Positions 23,241-35,755 of a DNA stretch of 64,000 nucleotides are shown here, piece by piece. The stretch spans positions 152,708,001 to 152,772,000 of the forward strand of contig NC_058368.1 of assembly GCF_018350175.1 (NCBI RefSeq), written 5' to 3'. The number at the start of each line of letters is the position of its first letter. The first letter of the stretch is position 1. A model generated the notes under the pieces. It was not told the origin of the DNA and ran no database searches. It saw only the letters and a list, made by a program, of their open reading frames with translations. This stretch comes from Felis catus. Lineage: Eukaryota. Both the position numbers and the translations under genes were made by a program.

Positions 23241-23778
23241 ACCTTTTTTAGTTTGATTTGTGAGCTTAATTGGTGTCTAATTCTTTCTTAAACCTTTTTT
23301 TGCAAGCCATTCAATTTATAACTGCAGGAATCTTTTAAAGCTCTTGAATTTTATTGATTACTATTCTTAACATTCAGATAACATGTACATAATGAATTAG
23401 TCCTGTGTTCAGCCTTCTGCTAATTGCTGTGGCAAAAATAGAACATAAGATACCTGGGCTTATTCTCAAGGAACTTACAATCTGAATTTGGATATGAGGT
23501 ATATGAAACAGTAGGCAGAGGATTCAGCATGTAATTTACTGACAGCTTGAGAGTTGAAGACCATGAATTCTGTAGGAATGAAGACAAGGGGAAGGTTACT
23601 AACCTAGAAGTAATCAGAAGAGGCTTCATGTAGGACTTGGCAATAGAGTTGAATCTGTAAGCAAAGATATAATGGAGGACAGTTCTTGTTTGGGCAGGGA
23701 GAAACAAAGTGATTTGAAGATATGTAGATGGGATCAGAAAAGCTCACATGTTCCTTCTTTTCTTCATAAATATTTCAG

Positions 23779-24045
23779 AACCTCGTGTGGTGAGAGTTCA
23801 GGAAGGTGAGACTGCTAACTTTACAGTTCTCAGAAATGGATCTGTGGATGTTGCCTGCACTGTCCAATATGCTACCATGGATGGGAAGGCTACTGCAAGA
23901 GAGGGAGACTTTGTTCCTGTTGAAAAGGGAGAAGCGCTCGTTTTTGCGGTTGGAAATAGAAAGCAGAGGATATCTGTCTTCATTAATGAAGATGATATCC
24001 CAGAAACAGATGAGTCTTTTTATATAATCCTCTTTAATTCAACAG
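23779..24045 (+). CDS. ADGRV1: ADGRV1 coding exon (~exon 17), 267 nt, phase 1-1
   Basis: tttcag|AA..CAG|gtaaat; ORF 23748..24053, Calx-beta (EDDIPETDESF). Confidence 0.96.
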
Positions 24046-24659
24046 GTAAATAAATTATATTTTTATGGCGGATCTGTTGTTTCAGTACCTTTATCAAGAT
24101 GACATTAAGTACGTAACTGTCATCTATGACTATTCAAGAGCAGAATTGTTTCTTTTATTGCTTTTTTGAGGGAAAGAATGAAGAATATATGCGTTGAATC
24201 TTCATGTGCCTGGTATACTCTGTGGCATTATTTTTAATTTTTTTCACAATGTGGCACATGTATAAAATTGTGATACTATGTAAGGAATAGAAATCTTCTA
24301 GTTAAAGCTACCCTCAGCCTTGTTTAGTAACCCAAGGGCTTAGGGAATCAGTATCTGTAACCCCTTGCCATTCTAGCATGGTGTTGGACATACTGGCCAG
24401 GAAGCTGCAGTCTGTAGATGGCTGAATACAACTGGCTGTTTGATAATTCTCTGAAGGTATAGCCATGATGAATGATACTTTGCAAGAAGGAAAAGATAGG
24501 CTCTTTCTTCTTCTCTGTACCATAAATGAAGCAGGATGTTTGGACCCCACTGTTTGGGTCCTGCTATCACCTTTAGTCAATTGGTGAGGCTATAGCTTGT
24601 TTCTACATTTATTCTTTTAAGTGTACAAAGAGCTAGTTTTTTATGAACCTTTTGAGAAT

Positions 24660-25900
24660 AAGTTGAAGATAGGATACTCCATCACCCCTGAATACATTAG
24701 TGCATTTTTTCTACAAACAAGGGCACTCTCTTACATAACCACAATATAACCATAATGTAGTATAACCATTAATATAACATTAATGTAGTCATTGCCTCAG
24801 ACCCCATTCAGATTTCTCCAGTTGTCCCAATAATGTCCTTTCTAGCAAAATGATCCTTTCATAAATCATGCATTGATTTTAGTTGTCCTGTCTCTTTAAT
24901 CTCTTCAATTGGAATAGTTCTCCTCAGTCTTTCCTTGACTTTTATGACCGTTATAATATAGAAATTACAGACCAGTTATTTTGTAGAACATCGCCCATTT
25001 TGGGTTTGTTTGATATTTCCCCACTACTAGGTTCAGGTTTTACATCATTGACAGGAATTTCCTAGAAGTTATACTGTGTTCTTAACCATCTCTTCAGTTG
25101 ACACATGATTTTGTTTTTTGTCCCTTGATGGCAGTGTTTACTTTGACCATAATTTAGGTGGAGACTGCCAGGCTTCTCTACTGTACTTTTTTCTTTGTAA
25201 TTAGTAAATATTTTTGTGGGGAACACACTTTAGTAAATATCCTGTAACTCACCAAACTTTCATTTTTTTTCACTGATCTATATATCAGTATTGACTCATG
25301 ATTTTATTTTAATACAATGGGTTATATTTCACTGTCATTATTTGTTTTTTTGGTGGTCAGATTTTCCCAGATTTGGCTAATGGTAGCCTATTTGAGATGA
25401 CTTTTTTGTCTTTTTGACATGTTCCATATTATTCTGTGAGCATTTTCTTACTTCCTGGCACAGCAAGCTGTTATAAACTCATCTTATTACTTTTCCTGTG
25501 ACAACCCTGAAATTCGTCATTTCTCCAAGAAGCCTGGTTTCTTTCAGTGAAGGATGTTTTTTAGAAACCAGAATCTGGGCATTAGTTGGGCATATTTGTT
25601 CTCAGCGTATGTTCCTCCTCGGCCCTGTTTGTGTACAGAAATTAGGCATGTATTTATGTATCTGTTTCTATATACATACACACACACTTGTCTATCTGTA
25701 ATTCTGTATCCAACTATGTGAAAACCATTAGTTCATACCAATATTTCTATTTCTATTTCACTGATTTGTTACAAGCTTCCAGGTTTCTTTCCTTCCATAT
25801 TTGTCCCTTCTTTCTCTGATACTGTTAAATTTAGAAGCTGTTATCATTAATATATTTACTTATTTGATTAATTCTCTCTGTAACCACTTTTCCCCATTGG
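24660..25900 (-). mobile_element. Ancient L1 (L1MC/ME-like) 3' region
   Basis: CAGTTGTCCCAATAATGTCCTTT, ATTTCTCCAAGAAGCCTGGTTTCTTTCAGTG..TTAGAAACCAGAATCTGGGC motifs. Confidence 0.7.
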
Positions 25901-26694
25901 TTCTTTTATCCTCCTTACACAAGGAGGTTACCTTTCTTACCCCTCTAGGGTTCTAGCTTCCTATGTTAGGCCAGTTCCCTGTGTAGATGCCTTCCCACTC
26001 CACTCAGATTCCAACATCTAACACCAAGGTTTTCTTCTGTGGAGATGGCCTCCGGTCACTGTTGTGCCATAACCGTCTGCCCTTACTGTGAATGCCTGCC
26101 TTGTGCTTTACCTTGTGTCTTTTGGACTGAAATACTCAGAAAGAAGAAAAGGAAAAGAAAGAGATCACTTTTTGTTTATGCTGTGTTTCTCTGTCATTTT
26201 CCCTATCTTTATCTCTCTTCAGTTGTGTCTCTCTTCCTGTTTCCCTTCTTGTTTTTCACACGACTTAATAAGAAAATTAAAAAAGTAAAAATGAAAAATT
26301 CTTATCTTATGAGGAAAAAATTAACTTTGTAGAGTAATGTCCACAAAATAAATTTTACAGTTACAGAAAACCCCCCACAATTATTAATCAGGTATTATGT
26401 AGACCAGAAACATTTTGATTAATTGTCCTAAAATTTAAATGAAAGAAATTTCTCTAGACAAAAATAATCTTGGTGATGTAAAAGTGAAAAAGTTTTGCTG
26501 TCGTGATGAAGAAATGACATGGTCTTAATAGTTTGCTGTAGAAATAAGTTCTTAATTCCATTTATTAATTTGGTGTCATTTTGTGGAAAATTATTGTATT
26601 CCCAAAATCTTTGGGGTCAAAATGTCACTGGGGTTCAACTGTTGTCAGGAACAAAATGTCACTATGATTATGGTGGATCAAAATATCTAAACCT

Positions 26695-26778
26695 CTTTTT
26701 AATTTTTTATTCTTAAGTTTAGAGAGAGCACACATGCACACATAAGTGGGGGAAGGGCAGAGGGAGGGATGGGGGAGT

Positions 26779-26821
<43 letters not shown>

Positions 26822-26951
26822 GGAGATTCTTAAGCAGGCTCCATGCTTAGCACAGAGCCCAACATGGGGCTCGATACCATAACCCTCAGATCATGAGCTA
26901 AGCCAAAGTCAAGAGTCAGATGCTCAACCGACTGAGCCATCCAGGTGCCCC
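26695..26951 (-). mobile_element. CanSINE with expanded (GA)n tract
   Basis: Body plus (GA)n ~26781-26820; TSD-like aaaa(t/c)atc(t/c)aaacctctt. Confidence 0.9.
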
Positions 26952-28300
26952 AAAACATCCAAACCTCTTACATAGAGAATGTAACATGACTATGCAAGGA
27001 AATGACTGTGTTTATTTTGTAAAATGTATCATTGGGGAAATATATTTTGATATTTGGAGAGAGAACAAGTAAGAGGAAGCGGTGTCACTGGATGACTGGC
27101 CTGAGGTATACTGCCACTGCATTTGTTTTCAATATTTTCCCAGATGTCATGGCATCTGAGGACGTAGTGACTTTAGCTATGAAGACTTGGATGACATAAT
27201 TTGTGCTTTTACATCTCCTCTTAGTTCTTTCTCTTCCACTCTTCTCTCTTTTATGATGTCAACACATCGAGCCCTGAAGGGATCAATGGTAGGAGGGCTG
27301 GATGGGTAGCATCTCTAACAGGACCTAGTGTTGGCAATGGATATTTGTCCCTGATAGTTACTGTTCACAGTATATGGCCCGAGATTGAATTATTGAATCA
27401 AAGGATGTGGCCATGCTCAGAGTCCTTGTTAAATACTGTCAGTTCTCCCTGTGGAGGGACAGAATGAGTTTTTAGTACCACATGTGATATGTTGTATGAC
27501 AAATGCACATGGCATCAGTATCCTGCCAAAATTATATTTTATTATTTTTGTTTTTCCTAGATTTTTATGATTCGATATTTTGAGGTAATTGGTTATTCTG
27601 TATTGTCAGCATTTTCTGTACAATTATTTTACTAGACAGTATTTTTTCCCTCTTTCCATTGGTTAATTATCAAAGTAAGTGTGAGTACAGTTGTATATTG
27701 ATGTAAATTCTTTTTAATGTGCTGGTCTGCTGCATTTAATTTCTGATTCTATAATTTTAGTTTTAGATGTTGCCCTTATCTGATTTTAAAAGTTTTATTT
27801 CTTTCAGTTCAGCTAATATTCATAAATAACTTTTGTGTACCAGTTACTGGAACTCTACTCTTCAGGGCATGGAATTGATTAAGAAGGATTTGTCCAAGGA
27901 GCTCACAGTAGAATTGTATGTGTGTGTGGGTGTGTGTACTAAATTAATGCTGTGATTGTTATGATACACTGACAAAGTGGGAAGTGCTGTAGGAACATGA
28001 TGGAACTTCTCTTACCTTAACTTTGGAATTCAAGGAAGAATTCCTGGAAGATGTGTCGCTTGAGCCGGGTCCTGAGGAGTAACAAGTGTAAAGATAAGGA
28101 GGATTTTGCTTGCTTTGGGAACAGCAGGAACAGAAAAGAGCTTTAGATCTCTGGGAAATAATGAGAATGTTATTGTCAATAACAGTGCTGACACACTTTG
28201 GATGGAATTGGAGTAGAGGAATCAAGTTCAACACCATAAAGATTGCTTTGTTCAGGAAGCAAACTGCTTCCTGAAAACAGAGACTTACAGGGAAATACAC

Positions 28301-28519
28301 GGGGCGCCTGGGTGGTTCGTTCAGTTGAGTGTCTGACTTCGGCTCAGGTCATGATCTCACAGTTTGTGAGTTTGAACCCTGCATTGGCTTTGCTCCTGTC
28401 AGTGTGGAGCCTGCTTCGGATCCTGTGTCGTTCCCCCTCCCACCCCCTCCCCCACCGCCCCAAGGCTTCATTCTCTGTCTCTCCCAAAAATAAATATTAA
28501 AAAAATAAATATAAATAAA
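28301..28519 (+). mobile_element. CanSINE (cluster 1 of 3)
   Basis: GGGGCGCCTGGGTGGTTC head, A-rich tail. Confidence 0.9.
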
Positions 28520-28532
28520 TGGAAATGCCCAA

Positions 28533-28742
28533 GGGATGCCTTGGGTGGCTCATTCTGAGCATCTGACTCCTGATTTTAGCTCAGGTCATGATCCCAGGGT
28601 CGTGGGATTGAGCCCTCATCGGCTCCTCACTGAGCAAGGAGCCTGCTTAAGATTCTCTTCCTCTCTCTCCACCCCCCTCCGCCCTGCTCCTTTCCCCTGT
28701 TCATGCACTCTCTCTAAAATAAAAAAAATTTAATATTAAAAA
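28533..28742 (+). mobile_element. CanSINE (cluster 2 of 3)
   Basis: GGGATGCCTTGGGTGGCTCA head, A-rich tail. Confidence 0.88.
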
Positions 28743-28785
28743 GGGAAATGTTCAGACCATTCTAATTAATATGAGCAGGAATATA

Positions 28786-28989
28786 TTTTTTTAATGTTTA
28801 CTTATTTTTGAGACAGACAGAGCATGAATGAGGGAGGGTGAGAGAGAGAGGGAGACACAGAATCTGAAGCAGGCTCCAAGCTCCGAGCTGTCAGCACAGA
28901 GCCCGACGCAGGGCTCGAACTCACAGACCATGAGATCATGACCTGAGCTGAAGTCAGAAGCTCAACCGACTGAGCCACCCAGGTGCCCC
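28786..28989 (-). mobile_element. CanSINE (cluster 3 of 3)
   Basis: Full body; TSD tga(g/a)caggaatat. Confidence 0.92.
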
Positions 28990-29354
28990 TGAACAGGAAT
29001 ATTTTTATGTTATGGGGTAATCCTCACACTTTTTATGAAAAGAAAGAATATACCTCAAAAATTTGAATTACATAAAGCTGTGTTTTTGATTTCTAATTAA
29101 ACTACTAAAGCAATATTCCTGTTGTGAAGAAAAGTATCTTCTATGTTTTTCAGTGAAGTAGGTCTTCTGTAATTAAACATTTCCACAAAGACAAGTCACA
29201 TTAAACTTATCTAGGTATCTCTTTTATTTATGATCTTCATTGTGGAAATTCTTGCTGAAATTTGAACTTCATTATAAACTTTTCCTTAATTTTAAAATAT
29301 GAATTTAATAGCAAGTTAACTACTTCTTTGTTATTTTAATTTTTTTTAATTTAG

Positions 29355-29481
29355 GTGATACAGTAGTATATCAATATGGAATAGCTACAGTGATAATTGA
29401 AGCTAATGATGACCCAAATGGCATTTTTTCTCTGGAGCCCATAGACAAAGCAGTAGAAGAAGGAAAGACTAATGCATTTTG
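29355..29481 (+). CDS. ADGRV1: ADGRV1 coding exon (~exon 18), 127 nt, phase 1-2
   Basis: atttag|GT..TTG|gtaagc; DTVVYQYGIATVIIEANDDPNGIFSLEPIDKAVEEGKTNAF; not in ORF track. Confidence 0.94.
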
Positions 29482-29904
29482 GTAAGCATATTTGAATAAG
29501 GTAAAATCATAATTGGATAAAATAAAACGTTTAAGTATGCACAAATTTGAAATACTATTAATGTTTCAAAATTTCAAAATGAACGATAAGCTTTGTTTAT
29601 GCTGTTGCCACTTGTTTAAAAAAACCAAAAAACAACACGTTAGCTGGTGAACAGAAATTATTATCCGTACCCTCCTCACCTCAGCTTCCATCATCAGGAC
29701 TGAGAGACTTGAGTTATCCAAGGTCTTCTGCAACTCTTCTTTCAAATGATATGTGACTACCCTCACCCCATCCTTTGCTTTTGAAGAACTCTTGCCAGTT
29801 CTTCTGTAAATATTTTTCGATGGGGTTTAGAATTTACCCTTCAGTTTGTACTTTGAAGAGTATGACTTTTAAGATGGCTTCTCTTTGTTGTTTAAAGTTC
29901 TGCC

Positions 29905-30125
29905 GGGGCACCTGGGTGGCTCAGTCGGTTAAGCGGCCGACTTCGGCTCAGGTCATGATCTCGCGGTCCGTGAGTTTGAGCCCCGCGTCAGGCTTTGGGC
30001 TGACAGCTCAGAGCCTGGAGCCTGTTTCAGATTCTGTGTCTCCCTCTCTCTGACCCTCCCCTGTTCATGCTCTGTCTCTCCCTGTCTCAAAAATAAATAA
30101 AACGTTAAAAAAAAAATAAAAAAAT
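29905..30125 (+). mobile_element. CanSINE, young
   Basis: Intact CpGs; perfect TSD taaagttctgcc. Confidence 0.94.
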
Positions 30126-30316
30126 AAAGTTCTGCCTCATTCTCTTACCGTGAGATTAATCATGGGTGCTCACTAAGGATTAGCTGGCTGGTTTATATTA
30201 AAGATGGTAAATAGAAAAAGTCTATTGCTGAGATAACACAGAAAGCTATCATTGGAGTTAAATTCACTACTTATATATTTTTCATAAAAATTAATTTTCT
30301 TTAATTTGTTATGTAG

Positions 30317-30534
30317 GATTTTGAGGCATCGCGGACACTTTGGCAATGTTTCTGTGGCTTGGCAGCTGTTTGAGAATGATTCTGCTTTGCAGCCTGGACA
30401 GGAGTTCTATGAAACTTCAGGGATTGTTAACTTTATGGATGGTGAAGAAGCCAAACCAATAATTCTCCATGCTTTTCCAGATAAAATTCCTGAATTCAAT
30501 GAATTTTATATTTTAAAGCTTGTAAACATTTCAG
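30317..30534 (+). CDS. ADGRV1: ADGRV1 coding exon (~exon 19), 218 nt, phase 2-1
   Basis: atgtag|G..CAG|gtgctg; ORF 30306..30578. Confidence 0.94.
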
Positions 30535-31155
30535 GTGCTGTGTTTTTCCACCTTTTTTATTTTATTGCTGAAATTTGATGTTTTATACATAAGTAATTAG
30601 AGCTGTACCAAAAATACAATTAATGAAGAAGTAAGTGTATCTTGATTGTCCAACTTTAAATGTCAAAAATACCCTTTTTGATAGAAGCATTATTTTTAAC
30701 ATTCATTTTGTGGTCTTGGCTTGGCTAAGTTTTATGGATGGAGACTTACATTCATTCTTAAACTTAGATTTTTTTCCTCACTAAATAGAGTATCTCCAAC
30801 AAAATATTAATGGAAGTTAGGAAGTACAGATTCATGGTAGCTTAAAGCTTGGTCTTGTGCCATTGAAACAATTTAGACAATCAGTTTCCCCATTACTTGT
30901 GGTTTTAAGCACAGGAATTAAAACTTTCTAGTTAATATTCTCTTTTCATGCTTTTTTGGTTATTAATGAAATTATTCGGAGCCAAAATACCTCTGAAAAT
31001 GTGGTAAAAAACATACGGTGACATTGTTGTTCATTGATTAATGACTATATTATTTAACCAGAAGTTTGCTAGTCAAATTCCTTTTGTCTTCACCTCATAC
31101 TGGAAAGTACTTCAGATTCTGATTTCTTATTTATTATAAGTCAATCTTATTACAG

Positions 31156-31899
31156 GTGGATCTCCAGGTCCTGGGGGCCAACTAGCAGGAACCAACCTCC
31201 AGGTGACAGTAATGATTCCATTTAATGATGATCCCTTTGGAATTTTCATCTTGGATCCAGAGTGCTTAGAGAGAGAAGTTGCAGAAGATGTCCTGTCAGA
31301 AGACGATATGTCTTATATTACCAATTTTACCATTTTGAGGCAGCAGGGTGTGTTTGGTGATGTACGAGTAGGCTGGGAAATACTGTCCAGTGAGTTCACT
31401 GATGGTTTGCCCCCAATGATAGATTTTTTGCTAGTTGGAATTTTCCCCAGCACTGTGCATTTACAGCCGCACATGCGACGTCACCACAGTGGAACAGATG
31501 CTTTGTACTTCAGTGGAGTAGAGGGTGCATTTGGAACTGTTCATCCAAAATACCATCCTTCCAAGAACAACTCAATTGCCAACTTTACGTTTTCAGCTTG
31601 GGTAATCCCCGATGCCAATACAAATGGATTTGTTATAGCAAAGGATGATGGTAATGGAAGCATCTACTATGGGGTAAAAATTCAAACAAATGAATCCCAT
31701 GTGACACTTTCTCTTCATTACAAAACTTTGGGTTCCAATGCTACATATATTGCCAAGACAACAGTCATGAAATATTTAGAAGAAAATGTTTGGCTTCATC
31801 TTCTCATTGTCCTGGATGATGGTATAATTGAATTCTACCTTGATGGAAATGCGATGCCCAGAGGAATCAAGAGTCTGAAAGGAGAAGCCATTATTGATG
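31156..31899 (+). CDS. ADGRV1: ADGRV1 coding exon (~exon 20), 744 nt, phase 1-1; most of the laminin-G/pentraxin-like domain
   Basis: ttacag|GT..ATG|gtgagt; ORF 31203..31922 with NFTFSAWV..WLHL..FYLDG signature. Confidence 0.97.
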
Positions 31900-33934
31900 G
31901 TGAGTGTCATGTTTATGACTAGGACACTGAATTTTGAATTTTTAAAAATTTTGATTTCTTACGAAGGCCAACTGATATTTAAAAATCTGCTTGTGTATTG
32001 GTTTAATTTCTGTAATAAAGCTATACCTACCAAAACCATAAATTCTGTACTGAGTGTTGCAGAAATGAATCAGGGAAAGTCTTTATCCTTGACGTACTTA
32101 AAATAGGCTCTGGGAGAGAGATGTGTATGTATAAACAGATCACCTCAATATTGTGGGATGAAAGAAAAATTATGAAGGCAGAATATTTATCTCCCCATAG
32201 GCAGTAGGAGGGATGGGGCATGATGATTCCAGGTAGAAAAAAGAGCAGAGGTATAGAAACATGAAACAGCCTATTGAATTTGGGGAAGTGCTGCTTGGTG
32301 AATTGCTGGAGGTGAAGGGTGGTGGGTGTAAGGTTAAAGAGGAGTTGGAAGAGAAAAATTACTTTAAAATGCCCTGCAATTACAGAGGTTTATAGTATTA
32401 GTAGGTAAATTGGTGAATTCTGTGGAGAGCTTTGAAGAAATAGGCTTTGTGGTCTTCAAGCTGGATTATATATTGTTTCTTTGAGAAATACTGGTAATTT
32501 CCATTATAATCACCAATTCTTTCCCAGCCCCTCCATCCTAGGATGTGATTATTTTTTAATTAGTAGGAAAGTAGAGCACAGCTTATATGGTTGTAGCTTA
32601 TTAGACTATTTTCCTTCTGAACCTCCTTGCATTGGGTATCTGGTTGTATTTTTTTTCTAGTAGAAAAAAAATGATGCCCAAAAGAAACAACATGCACGCG
32701 CTACTGATTTCACCTCCAAGGATTATGCTTACAGCATTCTCTAGCATTAAATCAATCCCCTTTTGATTGTGTGAATATATGCATATGTCTGTTACCACTG
32801 ATTCATCTGGTGATGGCATGGTGGTAGAATGAGAGTGGGAAGGATTGGGGATATCAAGAGCTGGTGTTTCTTTTCTCTGTTTAGCGTACTGCAAGGAACT
32901 TAGATTGTTTCTGTAATTTGTAATTTGGAAAAAAAATTTCAAAGTATTTATATATTTAAAATATATTAATGAACTATAGTATATGTTAGGTATTTTAAGG
33001 TACATAAAAGTATATGTTCCATATGGTGTACAGATAGATGAAGTTTTAAAACTTTAAATTCATTAATTTCAGCACCCATGTAACTAACTAGATCAAGAAA
33101 TAGCATTCCAGAACCCCTGTGGCCCTTCTGCAGTCACTGACTCATCACCCTGCCCACCTACTGTTGCCATTTCTGAGAGCATGAGACTAGCTTCTCCAAT
33201 TTTTTTATTTTATGTAAATCAAATTGAGCAGTGTGTATACTTGAGTGCCTGGCTTCTTTTGCCCAGTGTTGTTTCTAGTGTTCATCATATCTTTGCCTGT
33301 CGTAGATATTTCACTCTCTTTACTATATAGTTAGTCCAGAACTGCTGCAGGGGCGATTGAGATAATAATTGCTGGATACTTGTGACTGCCCTAAAACAAC
33401 TACCTGGGTTCTGCCTTGGCTGATGATTTTTATAAACAGTATTCCTTGTACTTTTTTCCCAAAGTACTGCCAAGCTGTCATCTTATATAAATATCCTAGT
33501 TGAGTTATTGGAGAGGGAATAAGTAAAGAAATAAGAACTAGTGAATTTTCGAAAAGGGAGAGCTTTAAAGAAATAGTCATGATTATTGATACATAGTAAT
33601 ATAATTGGAGCTTCATGTTGTTATTTTCATGAAAAAATCTGTAAGACTTGCATATGATACTGTTCCTGGGGAAGAATACTTTTTTTTGTATATCCTTTGC
33701 ATTAATTATTGGCGTAAAACTATTTGGTCTGCGAAAACTTTTGTTGAATTCTCACAGCTTTATTTGACTCAAGACGCATTTCTAACAGATTAAGCCTTGA
33801 TTTGCTCAAACAACAGTAATAGAAACAGTTAAAAAATGTGACTGAATTGAACTGTTCCATTCTTAGATGTGCAAGGAGATTTTAAAATTTTCTGGAAGAA
33901 AAATCTATATAAGTATACACTCACATATACATAA

Positions 33935-33970
33935 ACACACACACACACACACACATATATACACACACAC
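33935..33970. repeat. Interrupted (AC)n microsatellite
   Basis: Read directly. Confidence 0.9.
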
Positions 33971-34188
33971 GTACAAGATATCCTTTAGTGTAACATATCT
34001 TACATCCCAGCGATTAGATTCTGTTTTCATATCAGAAAAGAGCTTTCATTTGATTATATTTGCTTTATGTATTTTATTTATCTAATAAAACCTCTTAACA
34101 AAATTGTTCCACTTTCTGAATCACACTTTGTAATTTGGTACAGGATAGTAGTGGATATTGTCATGTTTAAACCCATTTCTAATTTCAG

Positions 34189-34562
34189 GGCCTGGAATGC
34201 TGAGGATTGGGGCAGGAATGAATGGCAATGACAGATTTACAGGTTTGATGCAGGATGTGAGGTCCTATGAGCGGAAACTGACTGTTGAAGAAATTTATGA
34301 ACTTCATGCTATGCCAGCCAAGAGTGATTTACATCCTGTTTCTGGATATCTGGAGTTCAGACAAGGAGAAACTAACAAATCATTCATTATTTCTGCAAGA
34401 GATGATAATGAAGAGGAGGGAGAGGAATTATTCATTCTTAAACTAGTCTCTGTATATGGAGGAGCTCGCATTTCTGAAGAGAATACTACAGCAAGATTAA
34501 TAATACAAAAAAGTGACAACGCCAATGGCTTGTTTGGTTTCACAGGAACTTGTATCCCAGAG
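34189..34562 (+). CDS. ADGRV1: ADGRV1 coding exon (~exon 21), 374 nt, phase 1-0
   Basis: tttcag|GG..GAG|gtaagt; LRIG..FTGLMQDVRSYERKL (LamG/PTX end) followed by Calx-beta half. Confidence 0.97.
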
Positions 34563-35553
34563 GTAAGTAGTGCGCTTGGGGGATTTTGGAGTTAAAAGTT
34601 CACTGTAGGTAGATTTGTTTGGGGGTAGACTTTCTTTCATTTGGTAAATGTGCTTAAGTATCTACTCTAAGCCCAGAAGTATGCTAGAACAAGTGGTTGC
34701 AAAAGTAAAGTATAAGGTCCTTTTATAAGTTCACAGTTTGAATTAGAAGCTTTAGCAGCTGATAGAAGTAATAACAAACTAACAAATGAAACTTGAGCAA
34801 TTATCTGTAAAGTTAATGTATTTCACAGAAGGCCCATAATACTCCACATGTAATGTACTTTGTCTACTCTTTGGATACTACATAAGTAAATGAAATAATA
34901 CATATTGAAAGCTTCTATGAATAATAGTAATTGAAACTTTATTAAAATATGATTTTTTGAGGGTTTTTTTCCACATGTGAAATGTATGTGTGAGTGGTTA
35001 CAACATTCTTCCATGTTGGGTGTAATGCCTTCGTTATCACCCTTCTTGGCCAGCTTTAATTCATTAGGCTGTTTTACTGTCCTTATCAGTTCTTTCCAGG
35101 TTTTCAAAGATCTCTAATCATCTTGGTTTCCTGTTCAGTAATGTGAGATCTCATGACACCACTTCACAGGTGTTGACTGTGACAACAACAGCTCCATGCC
35201 CATGAAAGGATGCCAAGTAACAAGAGTCTTTTCCTTTGCAAGTTGATGCTTGTAGATTTAGAAGGGCTTTTTTGTAAATTGAAGCAATTAAGAAAACCAT
35301 GAATTAATACCAGGTGAAAAGCAGTCTCCTGGTCATAGGCCCGATTTAGCTCAAATTGGGGAGCCTAGCTCTCAGGAGTGTCTTACTGCCCTTCTCAGCT
35401 CTTTAGTTTGGTGATAATCATAAGAGATCTTCAAATAGTGGGCTTTTTCTATACCAGAAATACCAGAATATCTTAGACTAAGGAGGAGAAATGTCATACA
35501 AATCTGTAATTTAAAAAGAATTGTGTTTATCTATAATGATAATACTTAAAAAT

Positions 35554-35755
35554 GTTTTTTAAATGTTTATTTTTGAGAGAGAGAGAGAGCATGAGTGGGC
35601 AAGGGGCAAAGAGAGAGGGAGAGACAGAATCTGAAGCAGTCTCCAGGCTCTGAGCTGTCAGTGCAGAGCCCTACATAGGGCTCGAACTTGTGAACTGTGA
35701 GATATGATCTGAGCCGAAGTCGGATGCTTAATGGACTGAGCCACCCTGGCGTCCC
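35554..35755 (-). mobile_element. CanSINE
   Basis: Full body; TSD ctataatgataata. Confidence 0.92.

Noticed and set aside
23798..24027. Antisense and alternative-frame ORFs over exons (also 4448, 12427, 34304, 49609)
   Set aside because: Shadows of ADGRV1 coding sequence
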